From Bacteroidales bacterium (lineage in GTDB: Bacteria; Bacteroidota; Bacteroidia; Bacteroidales; JAFGXI01), in the NCBI GenBank assembly GCA_026985625.1, contig JALSQC010000160.1, positions 1-41,720 on the forward strand: DNA of 41,720 bases, in the 5' to 3' direction. The notes under the pieces were generated by a model. That model saw only the letters and a program-made list of their open reading frames with translations. It was not told where the DNA came from and did no database searches. Each line of letters begins with the position of its first letter. The stretch's first letter is position 1. A program made the translations under genes and the position numbers. Below are positions 28,379-36,036 of this stretch, piece by piece.

Positions 28379-29140
28379 TTATATTTTTTTTATCAAGTTA
28401 TTAATATATTCGGGCGATTTAATTAAACGGGAACCATACCAAGCAAAATATTCGCAATCGACTATAAATAATTTTGTTGATTTAAGATTTGTGAAAATTT
28501 TTTTATGTTTTTCGGTAAATTTATATGGTTCGGTTGATAAAAAAATAATATCAGGATTTAGTTTTTCTATCTCGTTTAATGTTGTTACAGGATATCTGTC
28601 GTGTTTAAAATCAAAAATATTTTTTCCTCCTGTTTTTTTCATAATATCGTTTATAAATGTATTTTTTCCTACAACCATTAATGGATTGTTCCAAATAAAA
28701 AATGCAAAAGATTTACCATTTAACGATAATGATATTTTGCTGAAATTATGTTTAATTTTATTAATTATTTGTTTTGCATTTTTTTTTGTTTTTGTAATTA
28801 TTCCGATATTATTTATTTCTGTAAGAGCATCGTCTAACGTATTAATATCGGTTAAATATATGTTATATTTTTTTGATAATTCTTCGATTTGTTTTTTTGT
28901 ATTTTCTTCTTTGCTTGCAATTATTAGGTCGGGATTTATTGTATTTATTTTATCGATGTTTATATTTTTTGTTCCTCCTATTTTTTCTATTTTTTTTACT
29001 TTATCTTTAGGCGATATACAAAAATTTGTTATTCCTTTTATATTTTTTTCTAAACCTAAATCAAACAATAATTCTGTTAACGAAGGAACTAACGATACAA
29101 TTTTATTTATTGTAATATTGTCGGTTTTTTTTATAAACAT
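28379..29140 (-). CDS. BtuF/TroA-like periplasmic-binding-protein-fold protein (cobalamin/iron-chelate binding-like), no signal peptide
   Basis: IVSLVPSLTELLFDLGL...I.GITNFC, NPDLIIASKE and LNPDIIFLS are typical class III substrate-binding-protein segments. The N-terminus is not hydrophobic. Confidence 0.65.
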   Translation of the reverse strand: MFIKKTDNITINKIVSLVPSLTELLFDLGLEKNIKGITNFCISPKDKVKKIEKIGGTKNINIDKINTINPDLIIASKEENTKKQIEELSKKYNIYLTDINTLDDALTEINNIGIITKTKKNAKQIINKIKHNFSKISLSLNGKSFAFFIWNNPLMVVGKNTFINDIMKKTGGKNIFDFKHDRYPVTTLNEIEKLNPDIIFLSTEPYKFTEKHKKIFTNLKSTKLFIVDCEYFAWYGSRLIKSPEYINNLIKKI

Positions 29141-31356
29141 TAACTAATTTCTTTTTCTTTGGTAGAGTTTACAAATAATACGTTTCCTATATCGGGATAT
29201 TGGTTAAATAGTGTTACATCGTTTTTTTCTATATCTTCTTTTAAAAATCCCACAATTGTTAAATCTGCATCCATAGAGTTTTCGGATATTATTTGAGCAT
29301 TTGTTTTATTTGTATTGTTTGATATTAAATTTACATTTTTAGATGATATTGGCAATCGTCCTGTTTTTATTAATTCTTTAATTTTTTGTTTTTGGTTTTC
29401 TATATCAGAATTGGGGAATATTGCAAAGATTTTAATTATTCCGTGTTTCCATTCGGGGTGTCCCAGTATAATATAGGCTATTAAAATCATAAGATTTGCA
29501 TTTTCAAAATCGTTAACCGTAATCCAGATATGAATATATTTTTTGTAACCAAAGCCTTTATACGATGTATTTAGAATACAAATATCGAGATTAGATGCAC
29601 AAAATAGCTTGTAATTTTCGAGGGCGGTTTTTAAAACGTCGGGATTCTCCCTCGAGAACTCAAAAAGTATCATATTATTTCCTTTTCCGGCTATTCCCGA
29701 TAGCTGAACAACTTGTGCTAATGCTGATGTATATGACGGGCTTATTATTGTATCGAGGTAAACTCTGTTTTTGTTTCCCGATGCAAGATTTATAAGTTTT
29801 TTTAATACTTTTCGTGATTCTTCGTTAGTTTCTTTATTTAACATACCTTTTATATAGTGTATATAAGTTCCAAATCCGTATTTATACGACATCCATCGTA
29901 AAAAATCAAATGCTGAACGGCGTTTAAAGGTGTCTTCTGATATACATATTATAAATGGTCGCCAACTTATGTCTCTTTCTTCTTTATCGGCACGTTGGGC
30001 AAAAACCTGTAATTGACGGCTAAGTTGAAAAATTACTCCTTTAAATAGTTTTCCTATACCTTGTTTTTCATTAGATGTTTTTGTAATAGCATAATATATA
30101 ATTGTCATAATTATTAACGATAAAACAGCATACGGCATATTCATTTTAAACATTAACCATATTGATAATAATGCACCTGCTGCCGATAAATACCATTTAG
30201 ATTTAAAAGTAGGGCGATATGCAGGGTCGGCTGCAAAATGTTCGAGAAATGATATTGCACAAATTGCACCATACGTAACCATAAAAAACATTGATATTAT
30301 CTGTGCAACAAAGTTTACGTCTCCTATAAAAATAAAAATAAATGCAATAATTATTGTTATTATTGATGAGTTTTGTGGTTCATTTGTTTCTCCTTTGCCT
30401 TTAGATAACCAACGGTTAATTTTAATATTGGGTGCTATTTTATCTAATCCTATTGCTTGTAATGTTCTTGGGGCAACCATAATTGAGCCAAGTGCCGACG
30501 ATATTGATGCGGCTGCTAAACCTATGGGAATTATTGGTCCCCAAATGGCTATACGTTGCATTATTAATTGGTCGTTATTTAAATCTTCGGGGCTTGCCGA
30601 TATTGCTAATTTATATGCAATTAATACATAAATAATTATTCCTATAATTGTTGCCCAAATAGTTCCCCTGGGTATTGATTTTTTTGGGTCTCTTAAATCT
30701 CCCGATAATCCTAATCCTGCGGCAAGTCCTGTAAATGCAGGAAATATTATTGTAAATACTTGAAAATACGAGTAATTGCTATTTACATGAGCACTTAAAT
30801 TGTATTGATTATGTGGTGTTAGCGAATGTCCAAATAAAAACATTGTTAATGATAGCCCAAGTATTGCAACAACAAGATATAAAATTTTCATTCCTACATT
30901 TGCTCCTTTTGTTAAAAAAACAACCGATAATAATGCCATTGTAGGAATGCTTATTGCTCTTTTATCGTAAATTAACCAGCCCCAATTTTCTGCAATATAT
31001 TTTATTAGAGGGTCAAATGCCTCTGAAAAGGCTATTACATAAAACGCAACACTAATGGCTTGCGAAAGGTATAATGTTAGTCCTATAGCTCCTCCAATAT
31101 TTAAACCAAACGAACGCGAAATTATATAATATGCTCCGCCGCCCATTACTTTTTGATTTGTAGCTATCTCGGCAACAGCCATAGCTGTGGGAACTGTTAT
31201 TAAATGGCCAAGAATAATAATCCCTAAAACTCCCCAAAAACCTACTTGTCCTACAGCCCAACCAAAACGTAAAAATAAAATAGCTCCAAGTATGGTTGAT
31301 ATGGCTGTTAAAAAAACAGGAAGGGTTCCAAATCCGGCATTTTTTTGTTTATTCAT
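29140..31356 (-). CDS. APC-superfamily permease with a large C-terminal cytosolic domain (SLC12 cation-chloride-cotransporter-like)
   Basis: 738 aa. A ~12-helix amino-acid-permease-like N-terminal half (FGTLPVFLTAISTILGAILFLRFGW...) is followed by a ~270-aa soluble C-terminal half. Its stop overlaps the next gene's start by 1 nt (TAATG). Confidence 0.75.
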   Translation of the reverse strand: MNKQKNAGFGTLPVFLTAISTILGAILFLRFGWAVGQVGFWGVLGIIILGHLITVPTAMAVAEIATNQKVMGGGAYYIISRSFGLNIGGAIGLTLYLSQAISVAFYVIAFSEAFDPLIKYIAENWGWLIYDKRAISIPTMALLSVVFLTKGANVGMKILYLVVAILGLSLTMFLFGHSLTPHNQYNLSAHVNSNYSYFQVFTIIFPAFTGLAAGLGLSGDLRDPKKSIPRGTIWATIIGIIIYVLIAYKLAISASPEDLNNDQLIMQRIAIWGPIIPIGLAAASISSALGSIMVAPRTLQAIGLDKIAPNIKINRWLSKGKGETNEPQNSSIITIIIAFIFIFIGDVNFVAQIISMFFMVTYGAICAISFLEHFAADPAYRPTFKSKWYLSAAGALLSIWLMFKMNMPYAVLSLIIMTIIYYAITKTSNEKQGIGKLFKGVIFQLSRQLQVFAQRADKEERDISWRPFIICISEDTFKRRSAFDFLRWMSYKYGFGTYIHYIKGMLNKETNEESRKVLKKLINLASGNKNRVYLDTIISPSYTSALAQVVQLSGIAGKGNNMILFEFSRENPDVLKTALENYKLFCASNLDICILNTSYKGFGYKKYIHIWITVNDFENANLMILIAYIILGHPEWKHGIIKIFAIFPNSDIENQKQKIKELIKTGRLPISSKNVNLISNNTNKTNAQIISENSMDADLTIVGFLKEDIEKNDVTLFNQYPDIGNVLFVNSTKEKEIS

Positions 31357-31462
31357 TTTGTATGTAGAAAATAAATATTTAAGTAAAAATAAATATTTTA
31401 TTTTATTAAATCTATTTTTTATAAAATATTATTTGCAGGGTAATGTGTTTTTTGTTTCTTAA

Positions 31463-31891
31463 TTAAACGCGGTTATTAAAAATTTTTGATAGATAATAGT
31501 TTTCTAAGTCTCGCATTTTCTTTGTTTCTTGCTTTGTTTTATCGTTTTGTCCTGTAAGGTGTAAGATTCCATGGATTAAAACTCTGTAAAATTCGTGTAA
31601 ATATTTTTCTTTAAAAATTTTTGAGTTTTCTTTTATTCTGTCAATACTAATATAAATATCGGCATTTACGGTTTTTAAATCGGTATAATCAAATGTAATT
31701 ATGTCGGTATAATAATCGTGATTAAGATATTGATTGTTTATTTCTATAATTAAATCGTCGGAACAAAAAATATAGTTTATTTCTCCTATTAAAAAACCTC
31801 TTGATGTAATTGTGTCTGAAATCCACTTTTTTGTTTTTTTACGCAAGAATGCAGGAGGATTTCTGTCTTCGGAAAAAAAATTAATTGCCAT
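31463..31891 (-). CDS. ybeY: rRNA maturation endoribonuclease YbeY
   Basis: 142 aa. Zinc motif HGILHLTGQND and preceding NADIYISIDRI, typical of YbeY. Confidence 0.88.
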   Translation of the reverse strand: MAINFFSEDRNPPAFLRKKTKKWISDTITSRGFLIGEINYIFCSDDLIIEINNQYLNHDYYTDIITFDYTDLKTVNADIYISIDRIKENSKIFKEKYLHEFYRVLIHGILHLTGQNDKTKQETKKMRDLENYYLSKIFNNRV

Positions 31892-32285
31892 TTAATTTAA
31901 ATTTAATTTCTACCGCAGAGCCGTTATTTATAAAATTTAGTTCGTCGGATAAATGTTTTATTAAGAAAATTCCTCTTCCGTCGGGTTTTTCAATATTTTC
32001 GGGTAATGTTGGGTCGGGTATGTTTTTATAGTCAAAACCGTTGCCTTGGTCTTTTATGTAAAATTTTAATGTATTTGAATCAATATTGCATTCGAGACTG
32101 ATAAATTTGTTGTTGTCTAAATTATTACCATGTATTATTGCGTTGTTTACTGCTTCGGTTACCGAAACTAAAACGTTTCCAAATAAATCGTCTTTTATAG
32201 ATAGTTTTTTTGCTATTTCTTCTATAAATTTTTCTACAAGATTAATATTTTCAATATCAGAATTAAATTCTAACCGAGTTTTCAT
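31881..32285 (-). CDS. HATPase_c-type ATP-binding protein (RsbW/SpoIIAB-like anti-sigma serine kinase fold)
   Basis: 134 aa. N-box VTEAVNNAIIHGN, G1 box IKDQGNGF and G2 box GRGIFLIKHL. Its 3' end overlaps the ybeY start by 11 nt. Confidence 0.72.
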   Translation of the reverse strand: MKTRLEFNSDIENINLVEKFIEEIAKKLSIKDDLFGNVLVSVTEAVNNAIIHGNNLDNNKFISLECNIDSNTLKFYIKDQGNGFDYKNIPDPTLPENIEKPDGRGIFLIKHLSDELNFINNGSAVEIKFKLNGN

Positions 32286-32363
32286 TATAATTTAAGTGTT
32301 TATAAATAGTGTATTTTCTTTATACTAAAAAATTTAAATTGTGTTACATTTTTTTATAAAAAA

Positions 32364-32385
32364 AGCAGAATTTTAAAATTCTGCT
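32364..32385 (-). terminator. strong intrinsic terminator ending the psr-yeeE-rhodanese operon
   Basis: Perfect 22-nt palindrome agcagaattttaaaattctgct lying 23 nt past the stop at 32408. On the minus-strand RNA it is followed directly by a run of seven U. Confidence 0.75.
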
Positions 32386-32407
32386 TAATATATTTTATGT
32401 GGATTTT

Positions 32408-32467
32408 TTAACCACAACCTCCTGTAACTTCTTTTTTCTTGCGTTTTATAAGTTTTTTCTTTGGTTT
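32408..32467 (-). repeat. copy 1 of a 60-nt direct repeat encoding the KPKKKLIKRKKKEVTGGCG* tail
   Basis: ttaaccacaacctcctgtaacttcttttttcttgcgttttataagttttttctttggttt. 58/60 identical to copy 2 and 57/60 to copy 3. Confidence 0.95.
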
Positions 32468-33556
32468 TGGCGAAGAGTTGTTAGTATTTGTTGCTGTATT
32501 TATTTTTTTATTGCTTGGTTTTTCTCCTTTAATTAATGGAAAGTCGTGTAATTTTTCGGCTGGTTTAAATCCGTGCCAATGTTCTCGTGATACTAAAACA
32601 TCGTGCATAAAACTATTTGCTCCAAAACCAAGGGTAAATGCTTTATATCCTAATAATCTTAGATATGCTATTGTAAAAGCTGCGTTTTGTCCTGTAAAAC
32701 AATATACTAATATGTTTTTATCAGTTGGTAATGTGTTTAAGAATGTTGTGTCGCTTAAGTCGTGTTTTGGAGTATATTGTATTGCTCCGGGTATATGGCC
32801 TTTTAAATATTTATCTTTTGGCCAATAGTTTATAATATAAAAATTACTGTCGGCAAAAGCTTTATCGGCTTTAACTATTAATTTATAGAATGGTATGTTT
32901 AATGCTTCTTTTGCTCTTTCTTTAAGGATTTCTGCTCCGCATTGTTTTCCGGTTTTTATTTCGGGAAGGTTATATTTTCTTCCTTTGGGATTATTTTTTG
33001 TTTCTAATGCATTTGCATATTTATTTGATATGTTTTTTGACCAATCGTCAAAAGTTCTGTTCCACGAACCCATTCCGTATTTCATAGCATATACATTATT
33101 ATATCCTAGTAATCGCAATATTGATGTTGCGTAACTTGATGATTGTCCGGAATAACAAACTAAAACTATTTTATCGTATATTGCAGGTACTATATTTTTT
33201 TCGAAATAGTTGATGAGATTGTTCATTTTTACATTAACGGCTCCGTTTATATGTCCTTCTACATAATCGTCGTGTAATCGTGTATCTATAACAAAGTAAT
33301 CTGATAGATTTTCGTTTACATCTTCGGCAGAAACCATATTAGGAACTCCTAATGTGTTTATATAATCACCGGTATTTTTTATATACTCCATTAATATCTG
33401 GTTCTCGGGTAATGTTATGGAGTCTTCGTTGATTGTTTTTACATTTAATCCGGGATTATAATAATGTTCGCAACTACTTGTAATAATTGCAAATGATATA
33501 AATACAAATAAAATTTTTATAATTCTTTTCATTTTTGTTATTTTATAAATTAACAA
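32408..33556 (-). CDS. exported tandem-rhodanese lipoprotein with polybasic-GGCG C-terminal tail
   Basis: Lipoprotein signal (...FAIITSSC). Two rhodanese domains each carry an active-site-loop Cys (VLVCYSGQSSS and LVYCFTGQNAA). Ends PKPKKKLIKRKKKEVTGGCG. An alternative start at 33532 (MKRIIKIL) is at least as likely. Confidence 0.85.
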   Translation of the reverse strand: MLIYKITKMKRIIKILFVFISFAIITSSCEHYYNPGLNVKTINEDSITLPENQILMEYIKNTGDYINTLGVPNMVSAEDVNENLSDYFVIDTRLHDDYVEGHINGAVNVKMNNLINYFEKNIVPAIYDKIVLVCYSGQSSSYATSILRLLGYNNVYAMKYGMGSWNRTFDDWSKNISNKYANALETKNNPKGRKYNLPEIKTGKQCGAEILKERAKEALNIPFYKLIVKADKAFADSNFYIINYWPKDKYLKGHIPGAIQYTPKHDLSDTTFLNTLPTDKNILVYCFTGQNAAFTIAYLRLLGYKAFTLGFGANSFMHDVLVSREHWHGFKPAEKLHDFPLIKGEKPSNKKINTATNTNNSSPKPKKKLIKRKKKEVTGGCG

Positions 33557-33576
33557 ATTATTTTTTATTTTTTAAA

Positions 33577-33636
33577 TTATCCACAACCTCCTGTAACTTC
33601 TTTTTTCTTACGTTTTATAAGTTTTTTCTTTGGTTT
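33577..33636 (-). repeat. copy 2 of the 60-nt tail repeat
   Basis: ttatccacaacctcctgtaacttcttttttcttacgttttataagttttttctttggttt. 59/60 identical to copy 3. Confidence 0.95.
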
Positions 33637-34215
33637 AGATGATGTGTTATTATCGGTAGGAACTGTTCCTCCTGCTGTTTCGGCTACAACTTTCGCATAA
33701 TCGTATTTTGGTTTTTCGTCGTTATAAATTCCAGTTTTTATGCCGAAATCGTTTATCATATATTTATTTATAAAATCGAAACCACCTAAAGCTACTTTAA
33801 TATTTTTATAATTAAGTTGTTTTAGCATTAGATATACATCAATGGCTTGTGTTGCATTGTAACCATATATTACATTAATTTTTTTATCTTGATTTAAGAT
33901 GTCAAAATTTTCGTTATTAAAAATATCTTTTGCCGGCACATTAATTGCTGAATCTACATGATTTACTATAAAGTCATGTGGGGTTCTTAAATCTATAAAT
34001 CTGTATGTTTTCATTTTTTCTGGACAATAAAAAATATTTGCCACTTTTTCTACAGGTAATATATCTGTTTTATTAATGTATGTTTTTAATGTTTGTTCCG
34101 GAGATAAAACATATTTTTTACTATTGTCAACTCCACAACTAATCATTAAAACTATTACCGATAGTATTAATATTTTATTTATTATTTTCATTATTTTTAA
34201 TTTTTTATTATACAA
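33577..34215 (-). CDS. exported single-rhodanese-fold lipoprotein lacking the catalytic Cys, with polybasic-GGCG tail
   Basis: Lipoprotein signal (...VLMISC). Rhodanese fold (FIDLRTPHDFIVNHVDSAINVP), but the active-site loop reads VIYGYNATQA with no Cys. Ends SKPKKKLIKRKKKEVTGGCG. Alternative start at 34191. Confidence 0.8.
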   Translation of the reverse strand: MYNKKLKIMKIINKILILSVIVLMISCGVDNSKKYVLSPEQTLKTYINKTDILPVEKVANIFYCPEKMKTYRFIDLRTPHDFIVNHVDSAINVPAKDIFNNENFDILNQDKKINVIYGYNATQAIDVYLMLKQLNYKNIKVALGGFDFINKYMINDFGIKTGIYNDEKPKYDYAKVVAETAGGTVPTDNNTSSKPKKKLIKRKKKEVTGGCG

Positions 34216-34236
34216 TAATATTTAGATTATAAATAA

Positions 34237-34296
34237 TTATCCACAGCCTCCTGTAACTTCTTTTTTCTTACGTTTTATAAGTTTTTTCTTTGGTTT
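34237..34296 (-). repeat. copy 3 of the 60-nt tail repeat
   Basis: ttatccacagcctcctgtaacttcttttttcttacgttttataagttttttctttggttt. Confidence 0.95.
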
Positions 34297-34857
34297 ACTT
34301 GCTTGTTCGTTTCCAGATGACACTGTGCTTCCTCCTCCAAAATAGAAACTTGCTCCTTTTCTAAATTCGTATAAGTCTTCTTGTTTTCTATCCCATACAA
34401 TGGGGTTGTATTTTGGCCGTAATATGTTGTCAACCCAAGCATTTAATCCTCCGTCCATAATATAAATATTTTTATATCCTAAACGTGTTAAAATCATCCA
34501 TGCTACATCAGAGTTTGAGCTTCCGTTAGAAAAAATTACCGTGTTATATACATCTTGGTCAAAATAATCTAAGTTTTCCTTTTTTAATAAATCTTTTAAA
34601 GGAATATTAATTGCTCCTTTTAGTGTAAATTTGTTGTATTCGTCGGCAGTTCTTATGTCTATTAGTTGCAACGATGGGTCTTTTGATATTATTGCTTTTG
34701 CAACATCTTCGGTAGTATAAAATCTTGTTCTTTGTATTAATTTTTGCTGTAGTTCGTGAGGCGAAACTTTTGTGTTGTCATTATTGTTGTTTGACATTAA
34801 CAACCATATGCCTGTAATAAGCATTAACCCAATAATAAATTTATCTAGATTTTTCAT
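34237..34857 (-). CDS. membrane-anchored or exported rhodanese-fold protein lacking the catalytic Cys, with polybasic-GGCG tail
   Basis: N-terminal hydrophobic anchor FIIGLMLITGIWLLM. Rhodanese fold (LIDIRTADEYNKFTLKGAINIP), but the active-site loop reads VIFSNGSSNS. The only Cys in the whole protein is in the terminal GGCG. Confidence 0.8.
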   Translation of the reverse strand: MKNLDKFIIGLMLITGIWLLMSNNNNDNTKVSPHELQQKLIQRTRFYTTEDVAKAIISKDPSLQLIDIRTADEYNKFTLKGAINIPLKDLLKKENLDYFDQDVYNTVIFSNGSSNSDVAWMILTRLGYKNIYIMDGGLNAWVDNILRPKYNPIVWDRKQEDLYEFRKGASFYFGGGSTVSSGNEQASKPKKKLIKRKKKEVTGGCG

Positions 34858-34869
34858 TTGTTTATAATT

Positions 34870-35490
34870 TTATAGTCCGAGTTCTTCTATTTTTTCAACA
34901 GGTTTTTTTTCGTTTACTCTTTTTTGTATTTTATCAACAACTATAAAAGCAATTATTGCAATTATGAGAACGATAAAAATAAATAGTTCGTTAGACATTC
35001 CTAATTTTTCGGCAATATTTGCTTTTCCTAAACCTCCTTTTGAGCGTAAATTTTGAAATAGGGATTCGTATGTGAAAGCATATCCAAATATACCTATAAA
35101 TACACCTCCAACAAATGCTATTCCGTCAATTTTTCCTGTTGATGCCGCACAAATACTTGTACCGGGGCAAAATCCTCCGAGAATAAATCCTAATCCCATT
35201 ACTATACCTGCTATTAAAGTAGGTATCCAAAATGTTTTTGGATAAAATGTTAGGTTAATATCTATTAATCCGTAGCTGTCCATTAAAAATAATCCTATAG
35301 CACCTGTTAAAGCAGCTGTAAAGAATACTTTTAGAACAACAAAATCATAACCATAAAAAACACCTGCTAATTTTCTGGTATTAGTAAATCCTCCTGCTTC
35401 TAATCCTATACCAAAACCTATACCTATAAATATAGCAATAAATAGGTTTAAAGGATCTGAAATTAATTCTTGTGGAAATAATGGTCCCAT
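34870..35490 (-). CDS. YeeE/YedE-family sulfur-compound transporter, half-size subunit
   Basis: 206 aa polytopic membrane protein with the conserved LGGFCPGTSICAAS motif of the YeeE/YedE family. Confidence 0.82.
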   Translation of the reverse strand: MGPLFPQELISDPLNLFIAIFIGIGFGIGLEAGGFTNTRKLAGVFYGYDFVVLKVFFTAALTGAIGLFLMDSYGLIDINLTFYPKTFWIPTLIAGIVMGLGFILGGFCPGTSICAASTGKIDGIAFVGGVFIGIFGYAFTYESLFQNLRSKGGLGKANIAEKLGMSNELFIFIVLIIAIIAFIVVDKIQKRVNEKKPVEKIEELGL

Positions 35491-35504
35491 AATTTTTTAT
35501 TTTT

Positions 35505-36023
35505 TTAAATCCATAATTTTCTAAAAAAATATGCAAATGCATATCCTCCGCCAAATACTGCGGCTAATCCAATGTATCCCGATAAGGCGTTAACCGCCAT
35601 TCCGGACATAACTAATCCTGAGGTACAACCTCTCCCTAATTGAGAGCCTATTCCCCATAAAATACCTCCTATAATAGCAGCTATTATTCTGGTTTTGTTT
35701 GTAATTTTTGGCGATTTTCCTACTTTAAAATTAAGTCTACCAAAGTATGCTGCCGATAAAATTGCACCAAAAATAACTCCTATTATTTCGAATATTAACC
35801 AAGAGTTTAGTGGCGATTTTCCTTCGGATACTAATGGAGAGCAGTAAGCCGAATTAAGGGCATAATTATGATTTACACCATTAATTGTAGCAACTACTAC
35901 TTTTTTAAATGCTCCACTTCCGCCTAAACCTTCTCCCGAAAAATAATATGCGGCTATTAGCATTAAGCCTATTATAAAACCGGCTAAATACGGATTCATA
36001 TATTTATTACTTCTATCTTTCAT
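35505..36023 (-). CDS. YeeE/YedE-family sulfur-compound transporter, half-size subunit
   Basis: 172 aa polytopic membrane protein with the conserved GSQLGRGCTSGLVMSG motif. Confidence 0.82.
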   Translation of the reverse strand: MKDRSNKYMNPYLAGFIIGLMLIAAYYFSGEGLGGSGAFKKVVVATINGVNHNYALNSAYCSPLVSEGKSPLNSWLIFEIIGVIFGAILSAAYFGRLNFKVGKSPKITNKTRIIAAIIGGILWGIGSQLGRGCTSGLVMSGMAVNALSGYIGLAAVFGGGYAFAYFFRKLWI

Positions 36024-36036
36024 AATTTTTATAATT

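Noticed and set aside
28491-29147. 218-aa plus-strand ORF
   Set aside because: It is a mirror-frame shadow of the BtuF-like gene on the minus strand. The translation is low-complexity F/I/L/S-rich, as expected from reading an AT-rich gene antisense, while the minus-strand product has clear family motifs.
32408-34296. Whether the three 60-nt repeats could be a CRISPR-like or intergenic repeat array
   Set aside because: The repeats are the in-frame 3' ends of three protein-coding genes, their starts are 660 and 1169 nt apart, and no cas genes are present. They are reported as a coding tail module instead.
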